Shown here piece by piece: positions 27,412 through 37,696 of a stretch of 64,000 bases of DNA. The stretch is from a virus. Under the pieces are notes generated by a model. The model did not search any database. It saw nothing but the letters and a program-made list of their open reading frames with translations, and was not told the origin of the DNA. Numbering within the stretch: the first letter of the stretch is position 1; every line of letters begins with the position of its first letter. The position numbers were made by a program, and so were the translations under genes. Location: positions 64,001 through 128,000 of the IMG/VR virus record IMGVR_UViG_3300026097_000009; one strand, given 5' to 3'.

Positions 27412-28245
27412 TCAATCATTATCTTTGTCAGACGAACGATCGCCAAATGAATCTTGCCATTGTCTTGTCCAACTTGGATTCATACCGTTTATTTCAAGGA
27501 TATCGTCACGAATGTTTTGATTTCGTTTTTCGATATTAATGATCCTCACAAACGAATTTGTAACAGCGGCCGTATAATATGCAAAAGGATTATCCGATTT
27601 TGACTCGTCGAACTGTAATCCAATCTGTGTTAGTTGAAGGATTGCTTGCCCACGCATTTCGTCGTTGTATGTATACCCTCGAACATTGCTTCGTGTTGCA
27701 TATCTTTCGCATAATTTCATCCACATTTTTGCAAGTTCGTTAGTAGCTTGTCCGTGTTCTTTACAGAATTCGCCTTTTTCTAAATCTCCTTTCCAATGAC
27801 TTTTACCTACACAGAATAAATTTCCTTCATCGTCGAATTTCCAGTGCTGGAACGGTGGAAAATTTACTTTTTCGTGATGATCGGCTACTGATTTGGGGTT
27901 TTTCTTACGACCCGGCGCAAGCGGAATGTGTTCGAACGTCATAATACGAAATACAACATCTGTTTTTTGAATTTTTTTATAATCGATATCAAATTCTTTT
28001 GCAGGAATTTTTTTGTTTTGCTTCCTCATTTCAGCTTCGTGTGCTTGTTTAGCAAGTCTTGATGCTTGATTGCGTTTTGCATCTGCAATTGTTCTTATAT
28101 TAATTTTATCTAAACTCGGAAGAATAAGATCGTACTGATTATACTCTGGTTTTGTAAAACTACAATATGTAGTTTTGCTTTTATGAATTTCTCTTAGTAA
28201 ATCACGATTATTTAAATACTTTACACGTGGGAATGGACTAGACAC
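27412..28245 (-). CDS. gp55: Late-transcription sigma factor (gp55-like)
   Basis: YLNNRDLL, N.RGYTY.DEM, FDESKSDNPFAYYT....NSFVR.I..EK.NQ motifs; T4-like 55-47-46 synteny; GTG start at 28245 with AGGAG SD. Confidence 0.88.
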   Translation of the reverse strand: MSSPFPRVKYLNNRDLLREIHKSKTTYCSFTKPEYNQYDLILPSLDKINIRTIADAKRNQASRLAKQAHEAEMRKQNKKIPAKEFDIDYKKIQKTDVVFRIMTFEHIPLAPGRKKNPKSVADHHEKVNFPPFQHWKFDDEGNLFCVGKSHWKGDLEKGEFCKEHGQATNELAKMWMKLCERYATRSNVRGYTYNDEMRGQAILQLTQIGLQFDESKSDNPFAYYTAAVTNSFVRIINIEKRNQNIRDDILEINGMNPSWTRQWQDSFGDRSSDKDND

Positions 28246-28291
28246 AATAGATAATCTCCTTATAAGATTATAGTAGCATATTTTATCTAAA

Positions 28292-28298
28292 ATAAATA
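28292..28298 (+). promoter_or_regulatory. Late promoter for the baseplate operon
   Basis: ATAAATA followed by AAGGAG SD. Confidence 0.6.
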
Positions 28299-28322
28299 CC
28301 ATAAAGGAGTAATTTTGGATCA

Positions 28323-29402
28323 ATGAGTAGACCAACAAATCCTCTTGCAGAACTTGTATCTAAAGTCGAAGAAGAAATAGGAGCCGCATCAAATGCCTTT
28401 AGCTCAGATTTACAAGCGGCAGGCGAACAATTTGCAAAAGACAAAGCAGAATTAAGTAAAAAAATTGCAGAATTATCTGACGCCGTAGGCATTCCGGACA
28501 TAGGAGATAATCTTACATCTCTTGGTGAAGAGGTAGGCGGCTTCTTTGATGGTTCTGGAAGTTCTATCCAAAGCAGTATAACTGACGGTATTTCTACATT
28601 ACAAGAAACAACAGGTGCGATTAGTCAATTTACCAGCGATATATCAGGTGCTTTAGACAAAGTAGGCTTAGGAGATATTGCTGGAGGATTGCAATCAGCG
28701 GCAGGAGCCGCATCGCAAGTTGCAGGAGTTATAGATGATGTTCTGAGTTTAAAAAGAGCTTCGTCAATACCTCCAGGTGCTGAAACATTTAAACAAAAAT
28801 CTGACGCGATTGATGTAACAGTGAATTATGAAAATGATTGGCGTGTTAGGATTGATTGTGAAAGTTGGAATGCTTTTAACAGCCAACTATTTGATCAGAT
28901 AAAAAATACAGGAGGAGTAGTATTTCCTTACCTTCCGGAGGTAAAAGTTGCGACTACAGCAGAGTATTCACAGATAGAACCGGTTCATAATAACTATCCG
29001 TTTCAGGCATACAAAAACAGTCGTGTAGATGACATTACAATAAGTGGAGAATTCTCTGCAGAAACCGCTAAAGACGCAGATTATTGGTTAGCATCTAATT
29101 TGTTTTTTAGAACAGCAACAAAAATGTTTTTCGGACAAGGCGAAAATGCAGGAAATCCTCCTATAATTTGCAGGTTGCACGGATACGGAACAGGTATTTT
29201 TAATAATGTTCCTGTGGTTATTAAAAACTACAATGTAGATTTAGGATCAAGCACACAATACGTTAAAAGCGTAAATTATAACACATGGGTTCCTATTGTA
29301 AGCACTGTGAGTGTTACTGTTGCTCCGATATACAATAGAGAAAGATTAAGAAACTTCGATCTTGCAACGTTTGCAAAAGGCGGAATGGTAGGATACATAT
29401 AA
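28323..29402 (+). CDS. Baseplate/tail-tube initiator protein (gp48/gp54-like)
   Basis: C-terminal tube-fold-like region VFPY.P..., ITISGEF, NPPIICRLHGYG...NVPVVI; precedes a gp53-like gene; Gly/Ala-rich N-terminal extension. Confidence 0.6.
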   Translation: MSRPTNPLAELVSKVEEEIGAASNAFSSDLQAAGEQFAKDKAELSKKIAELSDAVGIPDIGDNLTSLGEEVGGFFDGSGSSIQSSITDGISTLQETTGAISQFTSDISGALDKVGLGDIAGGLQSAAGAASQVAGVIDDVLSLKRASSIPPGAETFKQKSDAIDVTVNYENDWRVRIDCESWNAFNSQLFDQIKNTGGVVFPYLPEVKVATTAEYSQIEPVHNNYPFQAYKNSRVDDITISGEFSAETAKDADYWLASNLFFRTATKMFFGQGENAGNPPIICRLHGYGTGIFNNVPVVIKNYNVDLGSSTQYVKSVNYNTWVPIVSTVSVTVAPIYNRERLRNFDLATFAKGGMVGYI

Positions 29403-29702
29403 ATGGCAACATATTCTAAATTTAGTCCTTACAGAAACACACCATCTAATGATTTATATCTAGAATTATTAGAAATTGTTCCAGTGCCGGCCGAAGATGA
29501 TGATTTCTTTTATCAAATTGAAACACAATATACGCATCGTCCTGATTTATTGTCATATGATGTTTACGGAACTCCGAAGCTTTGGTGGGTGTTTATGCAA
29601 AGAAATATGGACGTTATTAAAGATCCTATATATGATTTTCAGCCAGGTACACAGATTTACCTACCTAAAAAACGAAACCTACAGAAATTTTTAGGAGTTT
29701 AG
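29403..29702 (+). CDS. gp53: Baseplate wedge protein, LysM-like (gp53-like)
   Basis: HRPDLLSYDVYGTPKLWWVF..RN...DP..DF.PG..IYLP. Confidence 0.8.
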   Translation: MATYSKFSPYRNTPSNDLYLELLEIVPVPAEDDDFFYQIETQYTHRPDLLSYDVYGTPKLWWVFMQRNMDVIKDPIYDFQPGTQIYLPKKRNLQKFLGV

Positions 29703-32063
29703 ATGGCAGATATAATAGAAAGAAGAATACAATCTAGCGGAAGCACTACTAATTTTAATATTGACAGGACTCAGCCTTCTCGTGTGATTACTGTTAACGG
29801 ACAGAAAACCAAAGTCTATGGATCTAAGTCTCAACTAGATGCATACGAAGAGCAACAAAACAACAAAGCGTCGTCCACTTCAAATGTACAACAATCTACA
29901 GCAAACAGAATAACAGATCAACAAGGAGCCTCGGCGGTTTTTAATTTGTTTAAAGACGGTAAAAAGGAAAAACCACCTACTGATCCGAATAAAACTTCAT
30001 CTGTGCCCGGAATAAATGTAGAAGCCGCAGTAAATCCTCTAGAACAATTTGCTTCTTATACAACTCTTTTTACTTTAGCGGCAATACCTCCAGAAATGTA
30101 CAACGATCCAGAGACATATCGGAATGATCCTAGTGCTTTAACAAATGTAGTGGTTGCCAGCGCAGGGAGGTTCGGCGATGCAAGACCTCAAACAGTTAAC
30201 GGAACTCCGGAATTCTATATAGACAATGTTGAAATCGACTCGTTTGTTACAGGTTCGAAAAAGACAGGTAACAGTAATGCAGTTGGATTCAGTTTTGATT
30301 TGTTTGAACCATACTCTGTTGGACTGTTTTTAGAAAGTTTGCAGATAGCCGCATTACAAACTGGTGCGTATGCCAGCTATGGAGAAGCAGTATTTCTTTT
30401 GAAGATAGATTTTTTAGGGTATAAAGATACTGGGGAAACTTTTGAAGGTGTAAAATCAAAATATTTTACGGTTAAGATTAGAGAAGTTAAATTTGAAGTA
30501 GACGAATCTGGTAGTCGATATACCGTTAAGGCAATCCCCTTTAATCATCAAGCATACAGTTCTGTGATCAATAAAGTTTATACTGATATCTCTATAGTAG
30601 GCGAAGGCGTAAAAGAAGCATTATGCATTGGAGAAAAATCTCTAGTGAGTGTCCTTAATAGAAGAGAGCAAGATGCCGTTAAAAAAGGAACACAAAGTGT
30701 TGCTGATCAATTTACCATAGAATTTCCAAAGACCTATTGCGAAAAAATCAGCCAAGGTTCGGTCTCTAAAGATAATAAAGCGGTTGTTCATCCATTGTAT
30801 GGGTATCCAACTACTACTTCTGTTGGATCTAATTCTCAAACTGGTATATCGGAGTTTGGAGATAACAATATAGGCTCTAGCTCGTTTGGGTTCAGCTCAG
30901 CAAACGGCGGAAATTTTGTAATGCCAAGAGAAGCAGATGTAATAGATTCTGAAACTGGCAAGGTTAACAGAAATTCTATGATTATTGATCCTAGTAGAAG
31001 ACAATTCCAATTCCCCCAGGATACATCTATCACAAGAATCATTAATGATATTGTGTTAAGCTCTGAATATGCCGGAGACGCAATAACTAAACCTTATTCT
31101 CCGGAAGGGTTTGTGAAATGGTACAAAATAGATGCACAAATAGAACTTTTAGAATTTGACGACAAACGAGGGCAGTATGCAAAGCGAATTATATATAGGG
31201 TATTGCCTTATGAAGTTCATATTAGTATTTTCTCTAACACTCAAGCAGTGCCTCCGGGATATGAAGAACTAGAAAAACTAATAGCAAAACAGTATGATTA
31301 TATGTACACAGGACAAAATAATTCTATATTAAAATTCGACATAAACATTAATAATTTATTTTTTACAGGATTTAATCCGCAAGCCCCGCAAGATACAGGA
31401 GATCAACAAAACCCTAATCTTAAAGGTGGACAAGAAGAAGGTCCTGATATTGTAGAAAAAGAAGAAGGTATTGAAACTAGAGCACGAGTATCAAATACAG
31501 GAACTGTGAGACAACAGCAAGATCCAGAATTAAACAATATCAATACTTCAACAGGATCAGAAACCAGCCCCAAAGAATTAGTTGCAAGAAACTTTCAACA
31601 GGCATTCCTTAATAACAGCGGAGATTTGATTGATATAGATTTAGAAATTTTAGGAGATCCGTATTGGATAGTCGATAATTCGATAGGAAATTATTTTACC
31701 TGTCCTTCGTCAAATAAGCTGGTAACACAAGACAACACAGCTAATTTCGAATCCGGCGATTCGTACATTTATATAAGATTAAGAACACCGAGCGATGTTG
31801 ACCCTGATACTTCTCTCTACAAGTTTGCCAACGAAGGAAAAGACAGTCCATATTCGGGAATTTACAAAGTTGTAAAATGTGTTAACAACTTTTCTAACGG
31901 AGTGTTCACACAAAAATTAAAGTGTCTAAGAATGAGAGGTCAAGCTATTGATTATGACGGTAGTTTAAATATTGATCCTTCGTCAACACCACTATATAAC
32001 TACAACGGTAAAAAACCGCCATCAACATCGATTGTCGATGATGATTTAATAAGTCCATTTTAA
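29703..32063 (+). CDS. Baseplate hub protein (gp27-like)
   Basis: 786 aa between gp53 and gp5; LEILGDPYW and YSGIYKV....N.F..G.FTQ.L C-terminal hub motifs. Confidence 0.6.
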   Translation: MADIIERRIQSSGSTTNFNIDRTQPSRVITVNGQKTKVYGSKSQLDAYEEQQNNKASSTSNVQQSTANRITDQQGASAVFNLFKDGKKEKPPTDPNKTSSVPGINVEAAVNPLEQFASYTTLFTLAAIPPEMYNDPETYRNDPSALTNVVVASAGRFGDARPQTVNGTPEFYIDNVEIDSFVTGSKKTGNSNAVGFSFDLFEPYSVGLFLESLQIAALQTGAYASYGEAVFLLKIDFLGYKDTGETFEGVKSKYFTVKIREVKFEVDESGSRYTVKAIPFNHQAYSSVINKVYTDISIVGEGVKEALCIGEKSLVSVLNRREQDAVKKGTQSVADQFTIEFPKTYCEKISQGSVSKDNKAVVHPLYGYPTTTSVGSNSQTGISEFGDNNIGSSSFGFSSANGGNFVMPREADVIDSETGKVNRNSMIIDPSRRQFQFPQDTSITRIINDIVLSSEYAGDAITKPYSPEGFVKWYKIDAQIELLEFDDKRGQYAKRIIYRVLPYEVHISIFSNTQAVPPGYEELEKLIAKQYDYMYTGQNNSILKFDININNLFFTGFNPQAPQDTGDQQNPNLKGGQEEGPDIVEKEEGIETRARVSNTGTVRQQQDPELNNINTSTGSETSPKELVARNFQQAFLNNSGDLIDIDLEILGDPYWIVDNSIGNYFTCPSSNKLVTQDNTANFESGDSYIYIRLRTPSDVDPDTSLYKFANEGKDSPYSGIYKVVKCVNNFSNGVFTQKLKCLRMRGQAIDYDGSLNIDPSSTPLYNYNGKKPPSTSIVDDDLISPF

Positions 32064-32073
32064 GAGAGCATAG

Positions 32074-33813
32074 ATGTCAATAGAAACCAGACAGCCCGAC
32101 GACAGTAATAATAAACTCAAAGAATCTCCTTACCTTGCTAAGGTAGTCGGGCATCTTGATCCTTCATTCGGCGGAGGGTTAAAAATACAACTATTAAGGA
32201 CACAAGGCAATCCTGCTTCGGACGACACTACAACTTATACCGCAAAATATCTTTCTCCGTTTGCAGGAAATACCGCATTAGAATTTAATGGATTTAATAA
32301 AGATAGTTTTGACGATACTCAAAAATCTTACGGAATGACATTTATTCCCCCGGACGTTGGAAACACAGTTGTTGTGATCTTTATAGATGGCAACATAGGA
32401 AAATGTTACTATCTAGGATGTGTATCTGGAACATTTGTGAACAATATGATTCCAGGAATCGCCAGTAGCGACAAGTACGAAGCAACACCCGAACAAAAAG
32501 CCAAATACGGAAATGTTGATCGACTTCCTGTAGCAGAAATTAATAGAAAAATTTACAAAGACGCTAATGGATTAGAAGTAGATCAAGTTAAACGTCCGGT
32601 TCATCCTATTGCAGATAGATTCTTAGAGCAAGGTACTCTAGAAGATGATGTTAGGGGCCCAACAACCAGCAGTCAACGACGAGAAACTCCTAGTAATGTA
32701 TACGGTATATCCACGCCAGGACCTCTCGACAAAAGACAAGGAAGCAATCGAAAAACAATAGGAACTAAACAAACCAAAACACTGTCGCCTGTTCCTGTTA
32801 GCCGATTAGGTGGAACCCAATTTGTAATGGACGACGGTGATGACCAATTTCAACGTGCAACTCCTGCGAGCGAAGGACCGGTAGTTTATAAAGATATACT
32901 CGCCGGCGAAAAAGGTGATCCGACAATACCCTACAACGAACACGTAAGAATACGAACAAGAACAGGTCATCAAATTTTATTGCACAACAGTGAAGATTTA
33001 ATTTACATTGGCAATGCCCGCGGAACTACTTGGATAGAATTAACTTCAAATGGAAAAATAGATATATTTGCAGAAGATTCGATATCTGTACATACAAAAA
33101 CTGATATGAACTTTTATGCAGACCGTGATATTAACATGGAAGCTGGTAGAAACGTTAATATTAAAGCCAGTGCCGAATACAGTAAATTAGCTCCTACAGA
33201 TGAAAAAGGCCTCATCAAAGATGCAAAAGAATACGAAAGTGGTAGAATACAACTAGAAAGTGCTTTCAATACAAATATTCTTATAGGTGCAAACGGTAAA
33301 ATTGAAACAAGAAAATACGTGAACGAAAATAGTGAAGAAGCGGATGGTAATTTAGATATTAACATTAAAGGTAATACTAAATTAGCAACTGGTACTGGAG
33401 ATGTCGAAGAGGCATACAGGTTAGATCTAAACACAGATGGAAATGTTTTTATTACTACAACAGGAAGTTTAGATTTGTACTCAGAAGACAATAATAAGTT
33501 TACGGCGGCATTAGGAGCGACAGATATATTAAGCGGAAGTAACCATACAGAAACTGCCTCGGTTATTCACATGAACGGTCCGCAAGCCGCTGAAGCCGTC
33601 CAAGGAGAAGTGGCAAACATTGTTACAGATCTAATCACGCATGATAATTTAGTTACAAACAAAGATCTAACATGGTCTTCTAGTAAATTTATAGAATCGT
33701 ATACACTAAAAAGTATTATGCGTCGAATACCACAACACGAACCTTGGTTGTTACATGAAAATCAGGCACCGCAAAGTGTTGCGCCTGACTTTACAGATAG
33801 GGAGTTAGAATAA
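32074..33813 (+). CDS. gp5: Baseplate central spike (gp5/VgrG-like), no recognisable lysozyme domain
   Basis: OB-fold SYGM.F.PPDVG..V.V.F, RTRTGHQILLH, beta-helix repeats, IHMNGP, C-terminal HEPW..HE. Confidence 0.75.
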   Translation: MSIETRQPDDSNNKLKESPYLAKVVGHLDPSFGGGLKIQLLRTQGNPASDDTTTYTAKYLSPFAGNTALEFNGFNKDSFDDTQKSYGMTFIPPDVGNTVVVIFIDGNIGKCYYLGCVSGTFVNNMIPGIASSDKYEATPEQKAKYGNVDRLPVAEINRKIYKDANGLEVDQVKRPVHPIADRFLEQGTLEDDVRGPTTSSQRRETPSNVYGISTPGPLDKRQGSNRKTIGTKQTKTLSPVPVSRLGGTQFVMDDGDDQFQRATPASEGPVVYKDILAGEKGDPTIPYNEHVRIRTRTGHQILLHNSEDLIYIGNARGTTWIELTSNGKIDIFAEDSISVHTKTDMNFYADRDINMEAGRNVNIKASAEYSKLAPTDEKGLIKDAKEYESGRIQLESAFNTNILIGANGKIETRKYVNENSEEADGNLDINIKGNTKLATGTGDVEEAYRLDLNTDGNVFITTTGSLDLYSEDNNKFTAALGATDILSGSNHTETASVIHMNGPQAAEAVQGEVANIVTDLITHDNLVTNKDLTWSSSKFIESYTLKSIMRRIPQHEPWLLHENQAPQSVAPDFTDRELE

Positions 33814-34253
33814 TGGCAACACGATTATATAAAACAAAAACAGTAGCGGAAAACGCACAAAGTTTAGGAAATCAAAACGTTGAAACTTTCACTTATGTAG
33901 GATTTTCAAGTAACAGCGATAATACAAATTATAAGTTGTATGATGTAGAGTTAGTAAAGCAAGATTTAATAAATCATTTCTACATCAAAAAAGGAGAAAA
34001 ACTAGAAAATCCTGCATTTGGAACAGTTATTTGGGATCTGTTGTTTGAGCCGTTTACAGAAGATGTAAAAAAATTAATTGCAAAAGATGTTCAAGAAATT
34101 GTTAACTATGACCCAAGAATCTCAGTTAATTCGGTTACTGTAGATTCTACGTCTCAGGGTATACGTATTGAAGTATCTTTGGTTTATATACCATTTAACA
34201 TTAATGAGCAAATGACTTTTAATTTTAACAAAGAAAATCGAATAATAAACTAA
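33813..34253 (+). CDS. gp25: Baseplate wedge subunit (gp25-like)
   Basis: VKQDLINHF..KKGEKL.NP.FG..IWDLLFEP, YDPRI. Confidence 0.9.
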   Translation: MATRLYKTKTVAENAQSLGNQNVETFTYVGFSSNSDNTNYKLYDVELVKQDLINHFYIKKGEKLENPAFGTVIWDLLFEPFTEDVKKLIAKDVQEIVNYDPRISVNSVTVDSTSQGIRIEVSLVYIPFNINEQMTFNFNKENRIIN

Positions 34254-34271
34254 GCACTTAATTTTATCAGG

Positions 34272-34277
34272 TAAATA
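34272..34277 (+). promoter_or_regulatory. Late promoter 5 nt upstream of the gp6 start
   Basis: TAAATA-TTGAT-ATG. Confidence 0.5.
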
Positions 34278-34282
34278 TTGAT

Positions 34283-37200
34283 ATGACAACTTCTGTAAGA
34301 CAAAACAATTTATTGGTTAATCAAGATTGGACTAGAATCTACCAAACGTTTAAAAATGCGGACTTTAAATCTTATGATTTTGAAAATCTCCGCAGGGTAA
34401 TGATTAACTATCTGAGAGAAAATTATCCTGAAGATTTTAATGATTATATAGAATCTTCAGAATATATGGCTCTCATCGATCTACTGGCATTTTTAGGACA
34501 GAGCCTTTCTTTCCGATTAGATTTAGCAAGCCGCGAAAACTTTATTGAGCTTGCAGAAAGAAAGGATAATGTTTTACGAATTGCAAGATCTCTTGCGTAT
34601 AATGCTAAAAGAAATATACCAGCAACTGGGTTGCTAAAGTTCGATACTGTGTCCACAACAGAAAGCGTTTTAGACAGCAGTGGAAGAAATCTAGCAAATC
34701 AAACAATCGTTTGGAATGATCCAAGTAATTCCAATTGGGCAGAACAGTTTATTGCTGTTGTAAATTCAACGATGGTTGCAAATACTGAATACGGTCGCAG
34801 CCAAGGCAATGCAACAATTGAAGGTATTGAAACTGATCAATATCGATTTAACACGTTTTCTAACGATGTTCCTATCTATGCATTTAATAAGAGTGTAGCA
34901 GGAAGATCTATGGTATTTGAAGTTGTATCAACAGCATTTACTGGTGAAGAATTTATATATGAAGAAGATCCCGAACCAGGTAATCAACCGGGGTTTGTGT
35001 ACAGAAATGACGGCAAAGGTCCAGGGAGTTCTAACACTGGATTTTATATGCTTTTCAAACAAGGAAGTTTAGAACTTGCAGATTTTACCATAGAAGAGCC
35101 TACTACAAATGAAGTTGTTGCTGTAGATTCTACAGGAATCAACGATGCTGATGTTTGGTTATATTCGTTAAACGGTGCAGGGATTCAAACAAACCAATGG
35201 ACCAAAGTTCCTAGTTTAAGCGGTAATAATATAGCCTATAATAGCATTGCAAATAACATAAGAAATATTTACAGTGTAATTACAAAAGATAAAGATCGTG
35301 TGGATCTTGTTTTTGCAGACGGTAATTACGGAAATTTGCCTCAAGGCCCTTTCAGATTATACTATCGTGTATCAAATGGATTGAACTATGTTATACGTCC
35401 TACCGAAATGACAGGTATAAATCTTACTATCCCGTATGTTAATTCGTCAGGCGATGCACATACTTTAACTGTCGGGCTAAGTTTAAAATTCACAGTAGAT
35501 AATGCTTCTGCTACTGAATCGATAGCCAGTATTCAGCAAAATGCACCTGCAACTTATTATACCCAAAACAGGATGGTAACTGCTGAAGATTATAATTTAG
35601 CACCCTTAGCAACATCGCAAAATATTTTAAAAGTAAGAGCAGTTAACAGAATCAGTAGCGGCATATCGAGAAATTTTGATTTGATAGACAGCACTGGAAG
35701 ATATAGTGGTGTAAATGTTTTTGCAGACGATGGATATATCTACAAAGAAGACACGGAAACAATTTTAAATTTTAAGGCACAAAATAGATTTGATGCCATA
35801 AACTTTATCAGAGATTCGATTGAACCTATATTTTCTAGTAATTCGGTGTATAATTTCTATATTACTAAATTTCCCAAAATTTTATTTACGGATTTAACCA
35901 CTGAATGGGTAGAAATCACAAACGAGATAAATCAAAACACAGGTTATTTTATTAACAATGTCGATCAAACAGTTTTAAAAACTGGAGTATACACAACAAA
36001 TACCCTGAAGTATCTTTCAGTCGGATCATTAATTAAGTTTGTAGCACCTTCTGGTTATTATTTCGATAAAAATAACAATTTAGTACAAGGAACTGCATCG
36101 CTGTCCACTGATAAGACATATATATGGACTAAAGTTGCAAGCTTAGTTGGCGACGGAACCAACGCAGGTCGAGGTGTGTTAAGCAATGGGCTAGGACCTG
36201 TAACTTTTACAGATCGGGTTCCTTCCGAAGCAATTGCCTCGAGGATTGTCGCAAGTTTTTCTAATAACATTCAAACAGGGTTAGAAAACGAAATGGTTAA
36301 CCTTATATCAAACGGGGTTAATTTTGGAATTCGTTATGATTATGAATCAGGCGAATGGAAAATTATCGATAAGGATAATTTGAATCTAAATGATAGATTT
36401 GCACTCGGTAAAGCAGGCGACACAACTAATAATAATTTAGATTCTTCGTGGTTAGTCTCATTTGTAAAAGTTGCAGACACATATAAAGTAACTGTAAGAC
36501 AAGTAGACTATCGATTTGGAAGTGTTAAACAAAATAGATTTGCAATCGAAGAAAATCGTAAAATATATGATCCTAATACAGGATTAACAGTTTTTGATCA
36601 AATTAAAGTTTTAGGAATAAACACAGATTTTGCTCAAATTGACCCATTGAAACAAGATAAAGTTTTCTTTGTAGATAGTGCTATACAAGAGCCGGACGGG
36701 TATAAAAAACCTGATGAAGTTAATGTTGCCTTTGCTGATTCCGACGACGATGGTGTAATCGATAATCCGGATTCATTTGTTGAAATAGCCGGCGATGACA
36801 GCGAATTAAAATTTCTGTTTTTTATAAAAGACACAACTACTCAGTTCGATACATATAATTATTTTGATAATTCAGACGAAACTATTATATTAGTTAATAG
36901 AGAAGTAGATGCTGATATCAATAATTATACAGACGGCCAGTTAATCTACTTTTATGACATTGATGAAGATGTTGTAAAACAGGTAAACAGAACCACAAAT
37001 ACATTTGATATTCAGCCTAATTACAAAGCAAATTACGGCAGAGACAATTTAAAATTTCAATATATTCATAACGCCGGAAACGACAGAAGAATTGACCCTA
37101 GTGCAAGTAATTTGATAGATGTATACCTTCTTCCAAAAAATTACGATACCGAATTTAGAAATTTTCTAAAAGGAGCTGTATCTACAGTGCCGGTTGCACC

Positions 37201-37696
37201 TACGTCCGACGAGCTACGAATTGCTTACGGAAGCACTTTAAATCAAATAAAAACAGTAAGCGATGAAATTATCTATCATCCAGTAACATATAAAGTTTTA
37301 TTTGGATCTAAAGCTGAGCCTAATTTTCAGGCACAATTTAAAGTAGTTAAGAATCCAAATAGAAACATAAATGACAACAATTTAAAAGTTAGAATTATAA
37401 GTGCTATCGACGAATTTTTTGATATTAACAATTGGGATTTTGGTGATAGATTTTATATAGGAGAATTGATAACCTATATAACAACAACTGTTGCTCCGGA
37501 CATTAGCAATATGGTTATTGTTCCTCGACAGTCTAATCAAACATTTGGCACTCTATTTGAAGTACAAAGTTTAAATGATGAAATTTTTGTTAGCGGAGCA
37601 ACTGTGGACGATATAGAAATTGTAGAAGCTATAACACCTTTTGAAATTTCAAGATCAACAGGATCAACAACCAATACCGGAGGCACCAGTAACTAA
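34283..37696 (+). CDS. gp6: Baseplate wedge subunit (gp6-like, extended)
   Basis: DF.SYDFENLR, DY.ESSE...LIDLLAF, ENFIELAER...V..AR...YN, FADG.YG..P, ESI..I..NAP..Y.TQNRMVTAEDY. Confidence 0.88.
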   Translation: MTTSVRQNNLLVNQDWTRIYQTFKNADFKSYDFENLRRVMINYLRENYPEDFNDYIESSEYMALIDLLAFLGQSLSFRLDLASRENFIELAERKDNVLRIARSLAYNAKRNIPATGLLKFDTVSTTESVLDSSGRNLANQTIVWNDPSNSNWAEQFIAVVNSTMVANTEYGRSQGNATIEGIETDQYRFNTFSNDVPIYAFNKSVAGRSMVFEVVSTAFTGEEFIYEEDPEPGNQPGFVYRNDGKGPGSSNTGFYMLFKQGSLELADFTIEEPTTNEVVAVDSTGINDADVWLYSLNGAGIQTNQWTKVPSLSGNNIAYNSIANNIRNIYSVITKDKDRVDLVFADGNYGNLPQGPFRLYYRVSNGLNYVIRPTEMTGINLTIPYVNSSGDAHTLTVGLSLKFTVDNASATESIASIQQNAPATYYTQNRMVTAEDYNLAPLATSQNILKVRAVNRISSGISRNFDLIDSTGRYSGVNVFADDGYIYKEDTETILNFKAQNRFDAINFIRDSIEPIFSSNSVYNFYITKFPKILFTDLTTEWVEITNEINQNTGYFINNVDQTVLKTGVYTTNTLKYLSVGSLIKFVAPSGYYFDKNNNLVQGTASLSTDKTYIWTKVASLVGDGTNAGRGVLSNGLGPVTFTDRVPSEAIASRIVASFSNNIQTGLENEMVNLISNGVNFGIRYDYESGEWKIIDKDNLNLNDRFALGKAGDTTNNNLDSSWLVSFVKVADTYKVTVRQVDYRFGSVKQNRFAIEENRKIYDPNTGLTVFDQIKVLGINTDFAQIDPLKQDKVFFVDSAIQEPDGYKKPDEVNVAFADSDDDGVIDNPDSFVEIAGDDSELKFLFFIKDTTTQFDTYNYFDNSDETIILVNREVDADINNYTDGQLIYFYDIDEDVVKQVNRTTNTFDIQPNYKANYGRDNLKFQYIHNAGNDRRIDPSASNLIDVYLLPKNYDTEFRNFLKGAVSTVPVAPTSDELRIAYGSTLNQIKTVSDEIIYHPVTYKVLFGSKAEPNFQAQFKVVKNPNRNINDNNLKVRIISAIDEFFDINNWDFGDRFYIGELITYITTTVAPDISNMVIVPRQSNQTFGTLFEVQSLNDEIFVSGATVDDIEIVEAITPFEISRSTGSTTNTGGTSN

